Assembly (NCBI GenBank): GCA_051362555.1
Contig: CM120640.1
Span: 43,936,788 to 44,000,787, forward strand
DNA length: 64,000 nucleotides
Origin: Lingula anatina
Taxonomy: Eukaryota; Animalia; Brachiopoda
Direction of reading: 5' to 3'
This document shows, in pieces, positions 14,401 through 28,000 of this stretch. Within the stretch, counting starts at the first letter, position 1; each line of letters begins with the position of its first letter. A program made the translations under genes and the position numbers. The notes beneath the pieces were generated by a model. It saw only the letters and a program-made list of their open reading frames with translations, was not told where the DNA came from and did not search any database.

Positions 14401-17400
14401 AGAAACACCATGTCTAAAATGTAGTTAGTGCTTAACTATTAAGCAGTCGTTTTTGAAGACAGACCTGCTACGTGTATCGTTCTCTCGCTTCCTTAATCTC
14501 AAGTACACCTTGAGACCATACATGCACTCTACCATTTATCAATAAAGCCTTGAAGTTCTTTATTCGTACATTCTGAATACGTAAAATAGCAAAATGGTTG
14601 AGGAATTGTTTCGAGTATCTATCTAAGACGATATATACTTCCCAAAACAACCCTCAATGAATGAGTAGTTTTACACGCATTCAACTCAGTATGAAATATT
14701 CATTTGATGGATCAAGTGAAAAGCTAGTGATATGACAGATTGCGATGTTTAAACACACTTTACTTACTATGAAATATATATATTTAGATGATGCATGAAG
14801 TGCACAACGATTGATTTGGCAGAATGTGATGCCAGCTGTAACCAGATGTTACTACAGAACGCAATGCATGCTGGCGCTTCCAATTTTCGACAGAATGAAT
14901 GTTGACGAAGTACTAACTTGTTCAATCTTTATTAATGCATGTTCTCTGCCATATCCATTTATAAACATTTTAAACGATGAACAGTACCAATGTCCCTGCA
15001 TGCAATGAATAAGACATAGTTAAAGTCCACGTGTATTCGGATAAGGTGTATATTCCCAGGGTACTCGCCTATCCTCGCTCCCTCTCCTCAGAAGACTTGT
15101 CTATGAGTAAATTATTGTCTGTTGGACTACGTAGAATAGCGATTTTGACGTTCAGCACCAGAACACCCAACTCTTTGGTAACATGTCAGAAACTATAATA
15201 ATAAGAAACTCCACAATCATGTTGAATAGGAGAAACAAAATGCTTTTTTATTCAGTGTATTACCACTCCCTACAAACGGATAAATCATTAACGAGGGAAA
15301 AGTAAAACGAAGTAACCTAATTACTATAAAGATATTGCAGAAATGTTGCAGCAAGATGGACAATTTATCATGAATATCATAAAACACCCTTAACTAGCTT
15401 AATTGGTAATCAAAATAGCGCCAAAATTCTTTGTGGGTGAGTGATATGTTCAAAGTGGGAACAAACGAAGAATTCCTTTTAAATCCTGTTTCTGAAAAAG
15501 GAACAAGGCTGATCGAGGCTATCCCGTTATATAGCCTAATAGACAGTACAAACCGTACAAACCATTTGGTTTGTATTTTTTTTCCTGGAAATCGCACGAC
15601 AATCACAAGCTGGATTACTCTGTGATACAACTGATAATGGGATAGGACAGCACACATTGATTTTACATGATTATCCAGCAATGCAAACAACTTGGAATAT
15701 AAAGGTTTACCGATGGAAGGGAAATGTTAGTCTCAGTTCACGATGGATAACTGTTCCTTGTTCCCACTTGTGCCCACTAGCAATTCATTCGCAGAATTTC
15801 TTTAGAATTATCGATGTTGTAAGCTAAATGCCGCCAATTATTCAACATACTCACTTAACCCTTTTACTGAAGATATTTTTGGAGGCGAATAACTATATAG
15901 TCTTCTCTTCATAATGTACACGTGGCCTTGATGAGTTTCATTCTTAGCAACAGCTACAGAGGTGGATTCTCGGGGCGCCCCCCGACCTTTTTTTTTTCAA
16001 AATAAAAATGGCAGCAGGGGGAAAGGTGCACAATCTCTTATTGATATTCTGGATTGCCCGGTGCCTATAAAGTAGGTTTTACTTTGGGTGAAATTGACTG
16101 TTCAGAACCTCCCCTAATATCTATTATTAGGCACAATGTTTCATCGTGCAGTTTCTATTGATAGAAATTGTCCAATTTTTATCCACTGTATTTAGCGCTA
16201 ACACACAGTCCGTCATTTTCACCTCTTTTCAGGTCCTTTTCGCTATCGACGAAAACTTAAACAAATATACATACTTGTAATTTTGTCTTTATAAATATTG
16301 CACTGATTATTTTACAGTTGATACAAAAAAGAAGTTTTCTTCAAAGACATACATGTACTCTTATATGTAGAGGTGTTTATTCGCAATCATTCTTGTTTGT
16401 GTAATCAGTCGCAGTAAGGTAAAGTAGATGGCGGCAACACGCTTAATTATCGTTACTTATGGCTCGGTACACCTTATCTTCATATCTACAGATGGTTTCA
16501 AATAAAGTAGACAAAACACGATAGTGATACATGTAACGTTACTAAAAGCAACCTGTGCCACTGTTTGAATCAGCAGTTTCGTTGTCATTTCATTCATGTT
16601 CCTTTAGCAATAATTTGAACGCTAAACGTACATACATGCTTTTCAAATAAAACAGTCCACACTATTCCAAGAAAAGTTTCTATCTAGTATTCACGTACGG
16701 CGGTTGTTACTGACTGAAAGCGGTAACTTTGTTGACCTTTCCAATGTTTGTTAAGTGGTTTTACTGAAACGGAAATCCAGCCTGAAACGTTTCAGAAACA
16801 TTTTGACTCTGTCATTTACCTGTCAATAAATGGAAAACAAAACGCTCCAACTGACGAACAGTGAATCTGAAAATGAACGAACTTGCTCACCAACCTACAA
16901 GCACTTGTGATTAAGGATTAAATCGTTAAGATTGTTTGTTCTTCGTTCTATGAATATGTTTGGTATATTACTGCATTGAATTAGCCCTTATTATGAGTAC
17001 CAAAAAAGTGAAAAATGTGAGCGGTGTTCAATGGCCCAAGCGTATACATGCATTGCTGTGGAAACGAAGAAGGCAATTGTAGAGAAGCATGACATTGTTC
17101 GAGTTTCTAATCTGACATACAGTGAACATAGTGAGGTCGACGATCTGACCTACTGTTGACATGGGAAAAGCAGTAACGTTTTACTGTTTCTAAACCATAA
17201 AAACATAAACAGAATGTGTGTTTCTGGGGGTGGGTAACTTATTTATTACCTCGTTTTACGGACATTTCGGTTCACGAACATAGTCAAAGAATGAATTAGT
17301 TCACCACCCGATGTTTGACTATATGTATTTGTGTGTTGAAGAATAATCTGCACCGTTTAAGTATAAGGTAAAAGAAACGCTATTGATTCTTCGTAACAGC

Positions 17401-17816
17401 AGATATAAACATTTCACGAGCATTTCGAATGGCAAACCAAATGATTGGCTTTCTTTCGTTTCTATAATCCAATTTGCGTCAAAGTTACGTACACCTTGCG
17501 TGTTTGCATTATCATGCAAATCTCCTTATTACAATTATAAACATGCCCAGAACCGTATCAAACTAAAGACGTACTGACTGCGTAATTGGCGAAGAATGGT
17601 TTGCTGCGCAGTTCGATGTCAAGCCATGAGATTGATGTTTTTGGTTGATCTCTTTATAGATCATGCCACCGATAATCCAGTGATATGCGGAACTTGAAAT
17701 TGAACTAGCCTGGCGTAATGGCCATTTTTGGAATAATTTGAGGCTGCCTTACAATATGCGATCTGTTATCTTGAGAGCGAAAACGCAGCAAAATTAAGAC
17801 ACTACAAATGTAACTA

Positions 17817-18031
17817 GGACCCCATTTCCAGAGATTAGATCGATCTACTTAAGATCGACCTAACTCCCTGGGGGTTCCGCTAAATAGCTGTCAGCCGAGC
17901 GGACACGAAAGTTAATTACCCCCTTACAGCTTGTAGTAGGCGGGACGGACATTTAAGCCGGATTATCTGACAGTAATCTAGTGAGACTCCCCGCGGGGAT
18001 AGATCGATCTAAAAGCTCTGGGAATACAGCC
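17817..18031. mobile_element. MITE family 1, copy 1 (PIF/Harbinger/Tourist-like)
   Basis: Near-identical to the reverse complement of 24105-24319. Imperfect TIRs GGACCCCATTTCCAGAG / CTCTGGGAATACAGCC, with the palindrome TAGATCGATCTA near both ends. Confidence 0.85.
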
Positions 18032-19063
18032 TATATGCCAGTAATGCGCTATATAAAGTTAAGCATGTCTCTATTTAACACCCTATTCGATACTAACTTC
18101 CCCCAAAAAAATAAATAAATAAATAAATAAAAATAAAATACAATAAAATAAAATGATAGATTTTCCTGCTATTTACTAAATTTAGTTCTTTGGTACCCGT
18201 CGTTACTAGCACCAGTGCACGGTCTCACCAAAGCTCGCTTATAAACTAGTGCATAAATATTTATGGAAAAGAAACGGATATAATAATGCTAAAACATCAG
18301 CAAGATCAAAGAGACACTAAATCGTCGCAGCTGTCTGAAAAATCGCAGTTCGTGTTTGGAAAAATCCTTTGGGCCAGATAGAAGAAATACACTTCCATAA
18401 TGTTTTCTAGTCAAGATTGAGAAATGTGCCCAAAATGTGGTTCATTGGTCAGAATACTAAATACACTTTTAATCAATGTTTGCATGTCACTATATCCATC
18501 GTAGGCAGCCATAGAGTTTTAACATTTAAAACTGCAAATACAAGTAATCCCTGTTCTACTGAACCATCTGAATGTCATTGAACTGGCGAACAGTACCTAC
18601 TTGTACAGTGTAGTGTTTTAATAATAATAATAATAATAATTATTATTATTTTTTTTTAACGGTAAAATGTGTTAACAAATATGGGGCTTATGGGCTCGTG
18701 AGTATTGTTATTCTACTAATATTATCTTAATATTATATGATATATTATTTTATGGTAAATACTATATTAATATGGAATTTCAAAAATACATGGAAAGCGA
18801 TAAAAGGTAAAGGCAGAATGCATTACGGACTTTACACAAGACAAGAAAGGGAATTATTCCACGCCTAATTAAGAAAAGGTAGAAAAGCTCCGCCGTATGA
18901 TCCCTCTTCACACTGTTCAAGAGAAATTACAAGTTCTTTATACGCTACAAACCGCGAAAAAAAGTAAATGGCGAAAGTAAAAAAGCAAAGTTTTGGTATG
19001 TAGTGATAGTGTTATCTTTTACAAATAAAGTGTACTGTGTGGTATAATTCCCTATCTCTTTTT

Positions 19064-19068
<5 letters not shown>

Positions 19069-19111
<43 letters not shown>

Positions 19112-19112
19112 T
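19069..19112. repeat. Compound (CT)n(GT)n microsatellite
   Basis: Directly visible. Confidence 0.95.
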
Positions 19113-22100
19113 TTCTCCAGTTACTATCAGGATCACCCAAATCTACCAATTTTTACAATTTAACCAAGAAATCAGTGGTATTGATGCTCGTAAATAAAGA
19201 AAAGGTCACTAGTATTTAACAAAAGTACAACAGGGAAATAAGGCGTGAAATTGCTTTTTAGGATGCAAAAAGGCAAAAGCATTACGAAAAACATAGTTTA
19301 AACATTATCCGTAAATGGAATCATGTAAATCATGCTCGAACAGGGGTAGCTGAAAAACAAAGAAATCTTTAAAAGTAAGAGGATTCTTGCTGTACGGCGA
19401 TGTATGGCCGGTGTCGCGTGCCACGAAGTCCGCCTTTTTCAAAGTCCGGCGGACTTTTAATTATGCCCGGACTAAGTTTCACAATCTTTTACAGGGACGC
19501 TGCTTTTTCAATGTGAATCCTCAGTTCGGAGGACACCTGGTTTCTGAATCTGAGGGGCCGGGATTTTCAGTCACACCAGGCTATTATTCCCGTAACAATT
19601 AATACCGGTGCGAAGTAAGAGCTAAATAATGTACAGGAGCACGGACATAATTATAGAATAACGGCACGTAATTCATGCCTTAATGGCCCATTAAACAAAT
19701 AATAAAGAAACATAATCAATCAGAAGGAAGTGCACTAATTAGACATTTACGCAGACCTTGTATAGTGGTGAATCATTGCCGCGAAATACCGCGTTTTCGG
19801 TATAATTACCAAAGTATTAACTGTATTTATCATTAAAAAATGCTCTCGAAGTTACTGCTAAAAGTACCTACCAAAATTAGCACCTTTTCTAAGACTAATA
19901 AAATATTCAAGCCTTTTCATATAAAGAATATCTTAACTGGGACAATGACAGTCATTAAAATTAAATTTCTTTCACATTTTATATCCTAAGCTTTAAACCT
20001 CTTACGTTCAGGTTGGACTAGTAAGATTCAAAGAAATATACTAAACGGCAGTCTGTGTCAGACTCTGAGAATAAACACATCCCCCTATTTTCCAGATGAA
20101 GCCCTTCTTTACTTAGTCGGACCATATCATTTAAAAAATGGGTTTTCATCCTGAGATGTGCACAAACAATGCTTTCTGCAAAACATCCAGCAGTCGGGGT
20201 GCACTATAGAACAATGCCTTGATTGATTACGCTGACAAAGAACGACATCTAGCTGCGTTCATTAAAAATATCAGGTAAAGTTCAGATTTAATACAAGGGC
20301 TCAAAATGGAAAAATATTGCAATGCGTTTTTTTAGGAACGAAAACGAAAGAATTCACAAATTACTCTTGATGAGGCATATTGATACAATGTTTTGTATCG
20401 ATGAATAAGGAGAATATACATTGAGTATAAAGAGAAATATGTCTAGAGCCCATTGTAACTCGATTAAGTTAAAGTAAGAATCCCGCGCTTATAATTTGCT
20501 TTACTTTACTTCCTGAGCATCCAAGTGTTCCAAATAAGCCGCGATAAAGACATGGAGCATATAATGAGATTGTCATAGAATCTGAGCAAGGCCTTAAACT
20601 TGGTTCAAACGCGACACGTATGATATACATTAGTCTTTGCTAAGCCCTGCCAAATGCATGTATGAAGATGTTTTTTTGGCCACTTACAATTTTCACAAGC
20701 CTGAGCATGGATGATTAGTTGGCTGTATCAAGCTGGTAAGCGTGCTTGGCGTGTAGATAGACAGTCAACGTTTTCTTTGGCATCTTCTTAAGTTTTTACA
20801 GTGATGGTCGATTTATTCTGCAGCAATCTTTTTCAGATAATTACCTTAAAATGAAGGTAATTTCAGAATAAAGAACGCAAAGAAACACATGTTCTGTTTT
20901 TCTTGCTACATGTAGGTTCACTATAGAGCACTTTTTGAAGCAGACTAGCTTTAAACAAATTTTATAAAATTTTCACGACAGCAAGTCAATTTTGGTTTCG
21001 AAAATGAAATTTTGTATATTGCTAGTGCTAGTAGAGCAATCTTAACAATAATTTCAGTTTTTGTGAAGAAGCAATCTTCAATGTATAAAGCTCTCAAAAG
21101 CAAAACGACGAGAGCAAACGCGAAGAAGATCAAAGTCAAGCAAACACTGTAGTTATCGTTGACTAATTATGCTATTTATCAAATTAATATATAATGAAAT
21201 GATAATGAATTGAAAATTGCTTGTCGATTTTCCACCAGACAAACACAAATCCTTATTCCATTGTGTTCAGTTTCATGCTAAACCATATTTTTTTATCAAA
21301 GTCGTAGGCCAAAGAATACTAACACGCAAATCCGCCATTATGTCATTAAAAACACCAAACAGGTACGTGATGCCCTTGTTTTAATACATCAAGTGAGTGC
21401 TGGTAAATTATCACACCAGATATACGTGAATGTTTTTCTAAAATTATCAGACACTTGTGTTGTGATATTACCCTGCCAGGCCCAAGTTTTTGATAATTGG
21501 GAGGGGGGGAGGAAATAAAGACAATCTGCATTCTTTCGTATCCTAGGATACACATATATGTTCAACAAAAAGTGACGCGACAAAAACACGCAGGGCAGTT
21601 ATTTTCGACTCGTTTCGCCACGCTGCTATTTTTGGGGTGAGGGGAGGACGTAGTTAAGAGGGAGATCAGAGTGAGACGTGCCCCCCCCCTGCGAATCTGC
21701 TACTGATTGTACTACTCGCATGCAAAAAGGGATTGGAGGAATGAAGCGCATAGATATGAGTTCCCATGGATTTATCGACAGCACTGCACATCCTTGGGCT
21801 AATTGTCTGACATACACAGTGACAAAGCATGTGATCAGTATTTGTTGGCAGATATGGCCATTTGCTTTTAACATCAGCTTTCATGTTGATTTTATTAGTT
21901 AGGAAAGCCAATAGGCAGTAAAGAATGTTGAAAGTATTTTCTAGTCCGCCAAATATTTGACGTGTTCTATATGGCCATGAACTATAATAGAACTCTATCT
22001 AAGTAACATGATATTGATGTTTTAAAATGATGACGTGCTTTGCCATTTTACATCATTTTGAGGTTTGCATTTCATATTGCCAATTCACAAATAGCTTTGG

Positions 22101-22641
22101 CATACGTCAAATGATGACTAGAGGAACTACTAGTATGTGGAAATTGCTCATATTATCCACCAGACTAGCGAGCATCAACAGATTTCGACTGAGATTTATG
22201 AGCGCCGACTTGCTTGTACATGTTCATGTACCCACAAGCAATTGGAGGTAGTCGTTCATAAGCATTTGATGGAAGACAGCTATGACGAATGTCTCTAGCA
22301 ATTGTTTATGTTATTGTATAATGTAATCGTATAAAGTGGGTGTCCAAAATTGCAAGTAAACATGTTTGCCTTTGCATAACGTAAAAGACTAGCGCACAAT
22401 CTACGTCAGCATTGCTGCACAAAGGTAGGTCAGCTGCTCCAACCGGCCAACGAGCAGACAGAAGAGGGAGAAACTTATTTGAAAGTGTCAGATTTCAAAG
22501 CGCTGATGTCAGTAGATGACACTAAAACAGGGTACAGACTACTTAGCCAAGTTGTAGTAAAACATACTTGTAGTACGATCAGACAAAAACATCGTCAACC
22601 TGCGGTAGGCTCGAAATAACCTTATGACTTCCCACCAAGAT

Positions 22642-23379
22642 CAGTGGCGGATTTATGGGGGAGCGTCAGGGGGGTCCTGACCCCCTCCCCCCTTCGATTT
22701 CTGAAATAAAATCACACCAATGGTCCCCTCTTGAAATTAGAACTTTGACTAGCTGAATCATAGTTCTAAACCGTACCAAATGGCACCGTTGGCCCTCTAA
22801 ATTACCAACATTTTTCGGGGCCCTTCAGCGGCCCCGAATCCGAAGTACACGAGAGTGGAATCGTGAGTGCTAAATTAAAGCGGATTTTCAGACAGCATGG
22901 TTAGATTATATTTTTTCTCTTGGAATTTTTAGCAGAGATTACCAGTACTTGTGCAGATACTGAGTATATGATGTGAAAACGTGTCACGGTGCAATATTGT
23001 GTTTATTATCAGTCAATTTGTTTTCTAATAACTTGCTGCATCGACTGACAGCGCGACAAAGAACGTTACGGTGAAAAAATCCCGCGAGGCTTCAAATCGT
23101 TGTCATGTGCAATTTTTGTATGTTTGCAAACTGTTATGCCCATAACTTATTATTGTTTGGTGTTTTATGGTTAACGTTGCAATTATTTAACCATCCAAAA
23201 ACCCGTCACAAAGATACACCATGACACAACAATCGTGATTCGGTGCGATTAACAGTACCGGTAGTTGTTAGTTGCGATCTACTTCCTGGTTTTAACAAGG
23301 TCCTCTGAGGATTTTCAAACATCGTTCTTATTGCAGCTCTAACCGCCAACCCCCTTCAAATAATCCTGGATCCTGTTTG
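22642..23379 (+). mobile_element. Non-autonomous element with CAGTGGCGGAT terminus (hAT-like), longer copy
   Basis: 22642-22840 and ~23345-23370 align to the reverse complement of 58483-58731 (e.g. ACCGTACCAAATGGCACCGTT; CCCCYTCAAATAATCCTGG). About 500 bp in between is absent from the other copy. Confidence 0.65.
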
Positions 23380-24104
23380 AAGATACTGTTCTAAACCTTT
23401 CTGATCTTTGATCTTTATACCTGCATGGGTTTACCCTGAGATTGTTCAATAATTACACCGGATAATGTCTTTGGACTGTGTTTAATCACAGCACGTTTAG
23501 TAAATTAATTAGAGTGTGCGTCTTACAGGTTTTGGAACATCTGTGCCCAGAGGGATAGCTGGATTTTCGTACTGTCTCTGGGTTAAAGTTTGATTTAAAA
23601 GATGTTATTCCTTGAGAAACGCGGAGTATGCCTGCTTATACACGACTACCAGTATGTAGAAGAATCTTATTGTTTATTAAGGAAGTTACCACCAAATGCT
23701 CCACTTAACATTTCCATGAACGTCGTCACTGTTGTCACGTTGTACACTTCTAGAAATATGCTTAATGGTATCTTATCCCGGGTTTTCGCGCCAAAACGAA
23801 TTTTTCTCGAGCAGAAAGTTTTTTTCTGTTCACACAGCATAAAAGGCGCGGTGGTGTATAATATGGGCAGTTTTATTTCTCGCGTGAAGTTGAGAGATTC
23901 TTATGGCTTGGACGTTGCAAGGATCGAAGGTCCAGACGGAAATAACGACAGGTTCGCTTCAGATAAACTTTCATACAGACTCTTTGACAATCACGAGTGT
24001 ATCGTTCACGTCGGTGACAGAAATGTAAAATGCATGAGGTAAGTCATCGACTGAAGGTCAGCTTCCTGAAACTCGGGGTTTCTTATTTGCCCTCCTGCAT
24101 GTTA

Positions 24105-24319
24105 GGCTGTATTCCCAGAGCTTTTAGATCGATCTATCCCCGCGGGGAGTCTCACTAGATTACTGTCAGATAATCCGGCTTAAATGTCCGTCCCGCCTAC
24201 TACAAGCTGTAAGGGGGTAATTAACTTTCGTGTCCGCCCGGCTGACAGCTATTTAGCGTGAACCCCCAGGGAGTTAGGTTGATCTAAAGTAGGTCGATCT
24301 AATCTATGGAAATGGGGTG
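24105..24319. mobile_element. MITE family 1, copy 2 (inverted relative to copy 1)
   Basis: Reverse-complement match to 17817-18031; flanked by TTA / TAA. Confidence 0.85.
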
Positions 24320-25654
24320 TAATGCCAGTAGATGGATGAACGTATTGCACGTCTTAAACTTTTTTTTACCCCTTTTTACCTCTTTCCACACAATTTTCAT
24401 CCCACTTCAAAATCTACATATATAATCAATGTCTCAAAGGGTGTTTGGTAAAATAAGTTTAAAATAAATACATGTAGAACTTCTGCATCTAAATACCATT
24501 TGAACAGGCTGAATAATACTCTCAACGTCCAATTTTAAAGTAACTCTTGGCCATATTTGTAACTAATTTTTTTAATTAACCGTTACAACCTGTGTATTGC
24601 ACCATGGATCTTCTACCAGGATTACGATTGACGCATTAGACTTTCTTGTAAGTAAAATCCGGTGACAAGTTTGACACATAATTAGGGGGATCTGATGTCG
24701 ATAATCTCTGTATTTGTGCCAACACCAGTCGAAAACAAAGATGATGACACTCATTCTGGACGAAACTACTGCATTTGATTGAAGCGCACTTTACGCACGA
24801 ACACCCATATGTCATAAGAGAACACTAAAAGCACCGTTATTGTTGAATGTTGAATGACACTTACCCTAACGCTGGTAAGTTACCGTGTCGGGCACCATTA
24901 CATGTTAGCGGTTAACAGATGGTAAAACTCACCGCGATTACTGCGAACTGTCTGGAGCCATTTCTTGGTGAATTCTTCATAAATACCGGAGATCGCGTTC
25001 ATACTAGATCTGTGCTTTCTGTTCTAGATCAGCATTTCTTGACATCCAATTAAATAATTCTACTCGAATGCAGAATCAAAGTGAGATAGTTTCCCCTCAA
25101 CTATTTGCAAATTGGACTCTAAAAGTAAACAGGTGAGTGTATGCAGCAAAACTAATTTACATATGAATATATTCATATAAAATACGAAAATGATGTTTAC
25201 ATGTAAATCGAAACAAAATTTAAAAAATCATGAAAAAATTAATTCACGTTAACTACACATCTCCCGTTGTTAGTGGCTGTGAATGCGATAGGAGTCCAGC
25301 TAGACGGCTGATCCAAGTCAACTGAACTTGGTAGTTACCAAGGATGCATCGGGTGAGATTCAACGGTGTACGATGCGTCAGGAAGCAGACTTGTAGATAT
25401 CATGCAGAAGCTGGTAAATTATTCAGTTCAGCTTATGTTCATCGGGTATGCAGTATTTTTCTTGTAGTGGATCCACCGTTTCCTTTGAAATTACATTTTT
25501 GACACAAATGCTTAAAACAACATTTTTTCAAAGATATAATTCACTGCTTAGGCCATATAACATTGATAAGCTTGTTTATGAAAGGCGACTCACTGTTAAC
25601 AGGGTCGGTAGAAAACATTTATCTTTGTTTTAGTTTAAACACGTAATGTGTTTC

Positions 25655-25688
<34 letters not shown>

Positions 25689-25703
25689 TATAATAATAAT
25701 AAT
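25655..25703. repeat. (TAA)n microsatellite
   Basis: Directly visible, one interruption. Confidence 0.95.
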
Positions 25704-27337
25704 ATCTAGAGAAGTCCCACGTGTTTTGCACTCATCAGAAACTAGGTTATCAAGATTTAGAAATCTAATCCACCTACTTCAGTTAATTTGAACAAATTAG
25801 AGCACGGCACGTCTTATAATCAATATAGAGTTTTCTGCAGGTGTCAAATAAAGTCACGGTCTGGGACGATGATATTGCCTCAAATTACAAGGCAAAACGC
25901 TCTCGTGTAACTTATAGCGCACTGTGGTCGTTTCAATATACATGTACAACGCAAAGAACTATGAGGTAATCAGTCAAGAAACATCCACATTGTGCTTCGA
26001 CGAGTCCCAGAAAGTACCAATGAGGTAAAATATCACAGCTGCCTGAGTGTAGATAAATGTCTGGTTTCAACAAGGTCTGTTTGTGGGTAGTTTCGTGACA
26101 AAAAGTACAGGAAAGAGAGTGATTCATTGTTTATAATTACTCCATAGGTACATGATACTGCTTTGGACTTTTACTTCTTCATCCGCTTTTCGAGGAGATG
26201 CTTGTTTTGCGTGTTGCAAAGTGCATTTTAAGCGTTCTGCACTCAGAAATCTATAAGAAAAAGGGCTTGTATCTTGCCCTGTGGCTGCTGTATTTAGTAC
26301 AGGACAATTTTGTACATTGCCTGAAGCTTTTGCGCCGCTTTAACCAATTTGCACGATTAAATCTAAGTAAGATTCAAATAGCACGGGGAAGGGCAATCAA
26401 GTTCAAAACAACCCCAACAACTTTCATCACGCTAAATTCCAAACCACCGCACGTTAACTCTATAGTATAGGGTATAATAAGGAGAGGTGTCACAGACAGT
26501 AACAAACATGAGCAAGCCTAATCTACCACTGCGTGATTCTCCCGGTGATTCTACAAGCAAGCGGTACTTCTTTCTTTTATTGTCCTGAATTCCCTAACCC
26601 CGTTCTGCTAAGCATTAGGGATAATAACTCTTCGTATGAGATCTATATTTCACAATAAAAACATTGTAAACAACTCATAGAAATATAACATATTCTGTTT
26701 TACCACAAAAAAGGCAGTTATAGCTATTATTCTGATATCTGTCTGTCTTCAGACCACGTGACCTCCATTGATGGCTATACTCTGTTATAATCTCTAAAGA
26801 GATTTTAACAAAAAACCAAACTTTTTAGAAAAAAACCAGGGACTAACTTTGAATGTACAAATAGATTCATTGACCATTGGTAAGTATGGGAAAATTGTTG
26901 ATTACTCCTGGAAAATTCATTTTTTGGCCAAAACGAAGAGTTATTATCCCTTTAATTATTCAGGTACATATCCATTCACTGCTCATTTACAGAGTCAATC
27001 TAACTTGTAACATACACTCTTGGCCACAAAGGTTGTCCAGCATCTAATCCCATGGATTATTACTTACAAATGATCATCTTACAACTGTAAATCGTTTTAT
27101 ACAATGCTTTTTATTCCAGATCACGTATCTATCTGATTTATGGTACAGAAAATACAAAATACCGGTGAAGATATTCATATTTTATACCATTTATTCGAAT
27201 CTATAACATGTTTCCCCTCAAATCTGATGTTGTACAGTGATTTCAAAGGTAAACAAATCTGCATAAAATTAAAAAGACACTACGAAAAGTCACCAAATTT
27301 ACACATCAGGATATCCTCTTTAAAGGTCACGTGTCAA

Positions 27338-28000
27338 ATAGAGTGTGTGTCTAGCGCGTACTGTAATTATCTCCTGTAGGCGGCGCAACATGCCTCCGAC
27401 AAGGGTTACGATCTGCTTTGCGGGATATTGACCCATCCTTCTTTAAAAGCTTGATGAAGTTGGTCCTGGTTATTAGCGGGTTGCTTCTTCTCTGCGCCGT
27501 GCACTCCAAACCACCCCACGTTGGCTTAATAGGGTATCAGGACTCTAAGGCCCCATTTAGAAAAGGGGGCTAACTAGTCCGAGGGTCAAATATGACCGAC
27601 CCACTTGAATACTTCCCCATGGAATATATATTCAGTGTCTATTAGCGGATTAGACGGCAAACTATGTGGTGGGTCGCCATATTTGACCCTCGAACTAGTT
27701 AGTCTCCTATTCTAAAGGGGCTAATGATTGTTGTTTCATGCTGAGAAAATCGTGTTTCTGCAACAAATCACTCACCAGAATAGAACTGTGAGCAAGTGTG
27801 TTGTCACGATGAAGCATGTGTGTCCCTGCAGTTTTCTTTTGCGAATGGAATGAAATATCTGTTGAGAATTTTACAGAAAAATGCCCCAATAACTTTCTAT
27901 CCCAGAAGTAATAATGTATTAAAACCATGGGCCTGGGATGCTCTTCAAACGCGGGCTGATCTGACACCTCATGCGATCTCTATACGCACCCTTCCAAGAG
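27338..28000 (-). pseudogene. Tc1-family DDE transposase C-terminal relic, interrupted by a MITE
   Basis: Minus strand reads LHRDNTLAHSSILVSDLLQKHDFLSMKQQSL [MITE] SPD..PIKPTWGGL..PANNQDQLHQAFKEGWVNIPQ..TLVGGMLRRLQEIITVRARHTLY. This matches the Tc1 consensus FQQDNAxPH..WP..SPDLNPIExxW..L.EEW..IP..LV.SM.RR..AVI.A.GG.T.Y, with frameshifts. Confidence 0.8.
27549..27721. mobile_element. PIF/Harbinger-like MITE, 173 bp
   Basis: ~55-bp TIRs GCCCCATTTAGAAAAGGGGGCTAACTAGTCCGAGGGTCAAATATG / CATATTTGACCCTCGAACTAGTTAGTCTCCTATTCTAAAGGGGC; TAA duplicated at 27546-27548 and 27722-27724. Confidence 0.9.

Larger units (their letters stand above)
10574..26200 (+). pseudogene. Decayed multi-domain scramblase-like gene, segment B; boundaries approximate
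   Basis: Exon remnants: NAIPVGLDGLSKVFSKIDAIFL (10574-10681; cf. NCPPGLEYLSQIDQIL); TDCVTLYDTCGPW (11572-11610; cf. TDCCTRNCCGP); EPIFHVL*ETNVENSLKI (from 11827); CSLPYPFINILNDE and NSDFDVQHQNTQLFGNMS (14788-15200); AG/GT-bounded 20096-20274 (EALLYLVGP); 23529-24038 (LCPEG*LDF..., YVEESYCLLRKLPPNAPLNISM, KLRDSYGLDVARIEGP); 25028-25132; 25274-25413 (STVYDASGSRLVDI); and from 25841. Canonical splice sites, but in-frame TAA/TAG/TGA and frameshifts. Confidence 0.5.

Noticed and set aside
19520-19600. tRNA-like or SINE head sequence
   Set aside because: No cloverleaf, A/B boxes too degenerate, and no second copy in the window.
25345-25356. TGC ATC GGG TGA read as a CxxU selenoprotein motif
   Set aside because: The same frame has another TGA at 25309, neighbouring exons carry TAA/TAG stops and frameshifts, the entry phase does not match, and no SECIS was recognised. 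Pseudogene decay is the simpler explanation.
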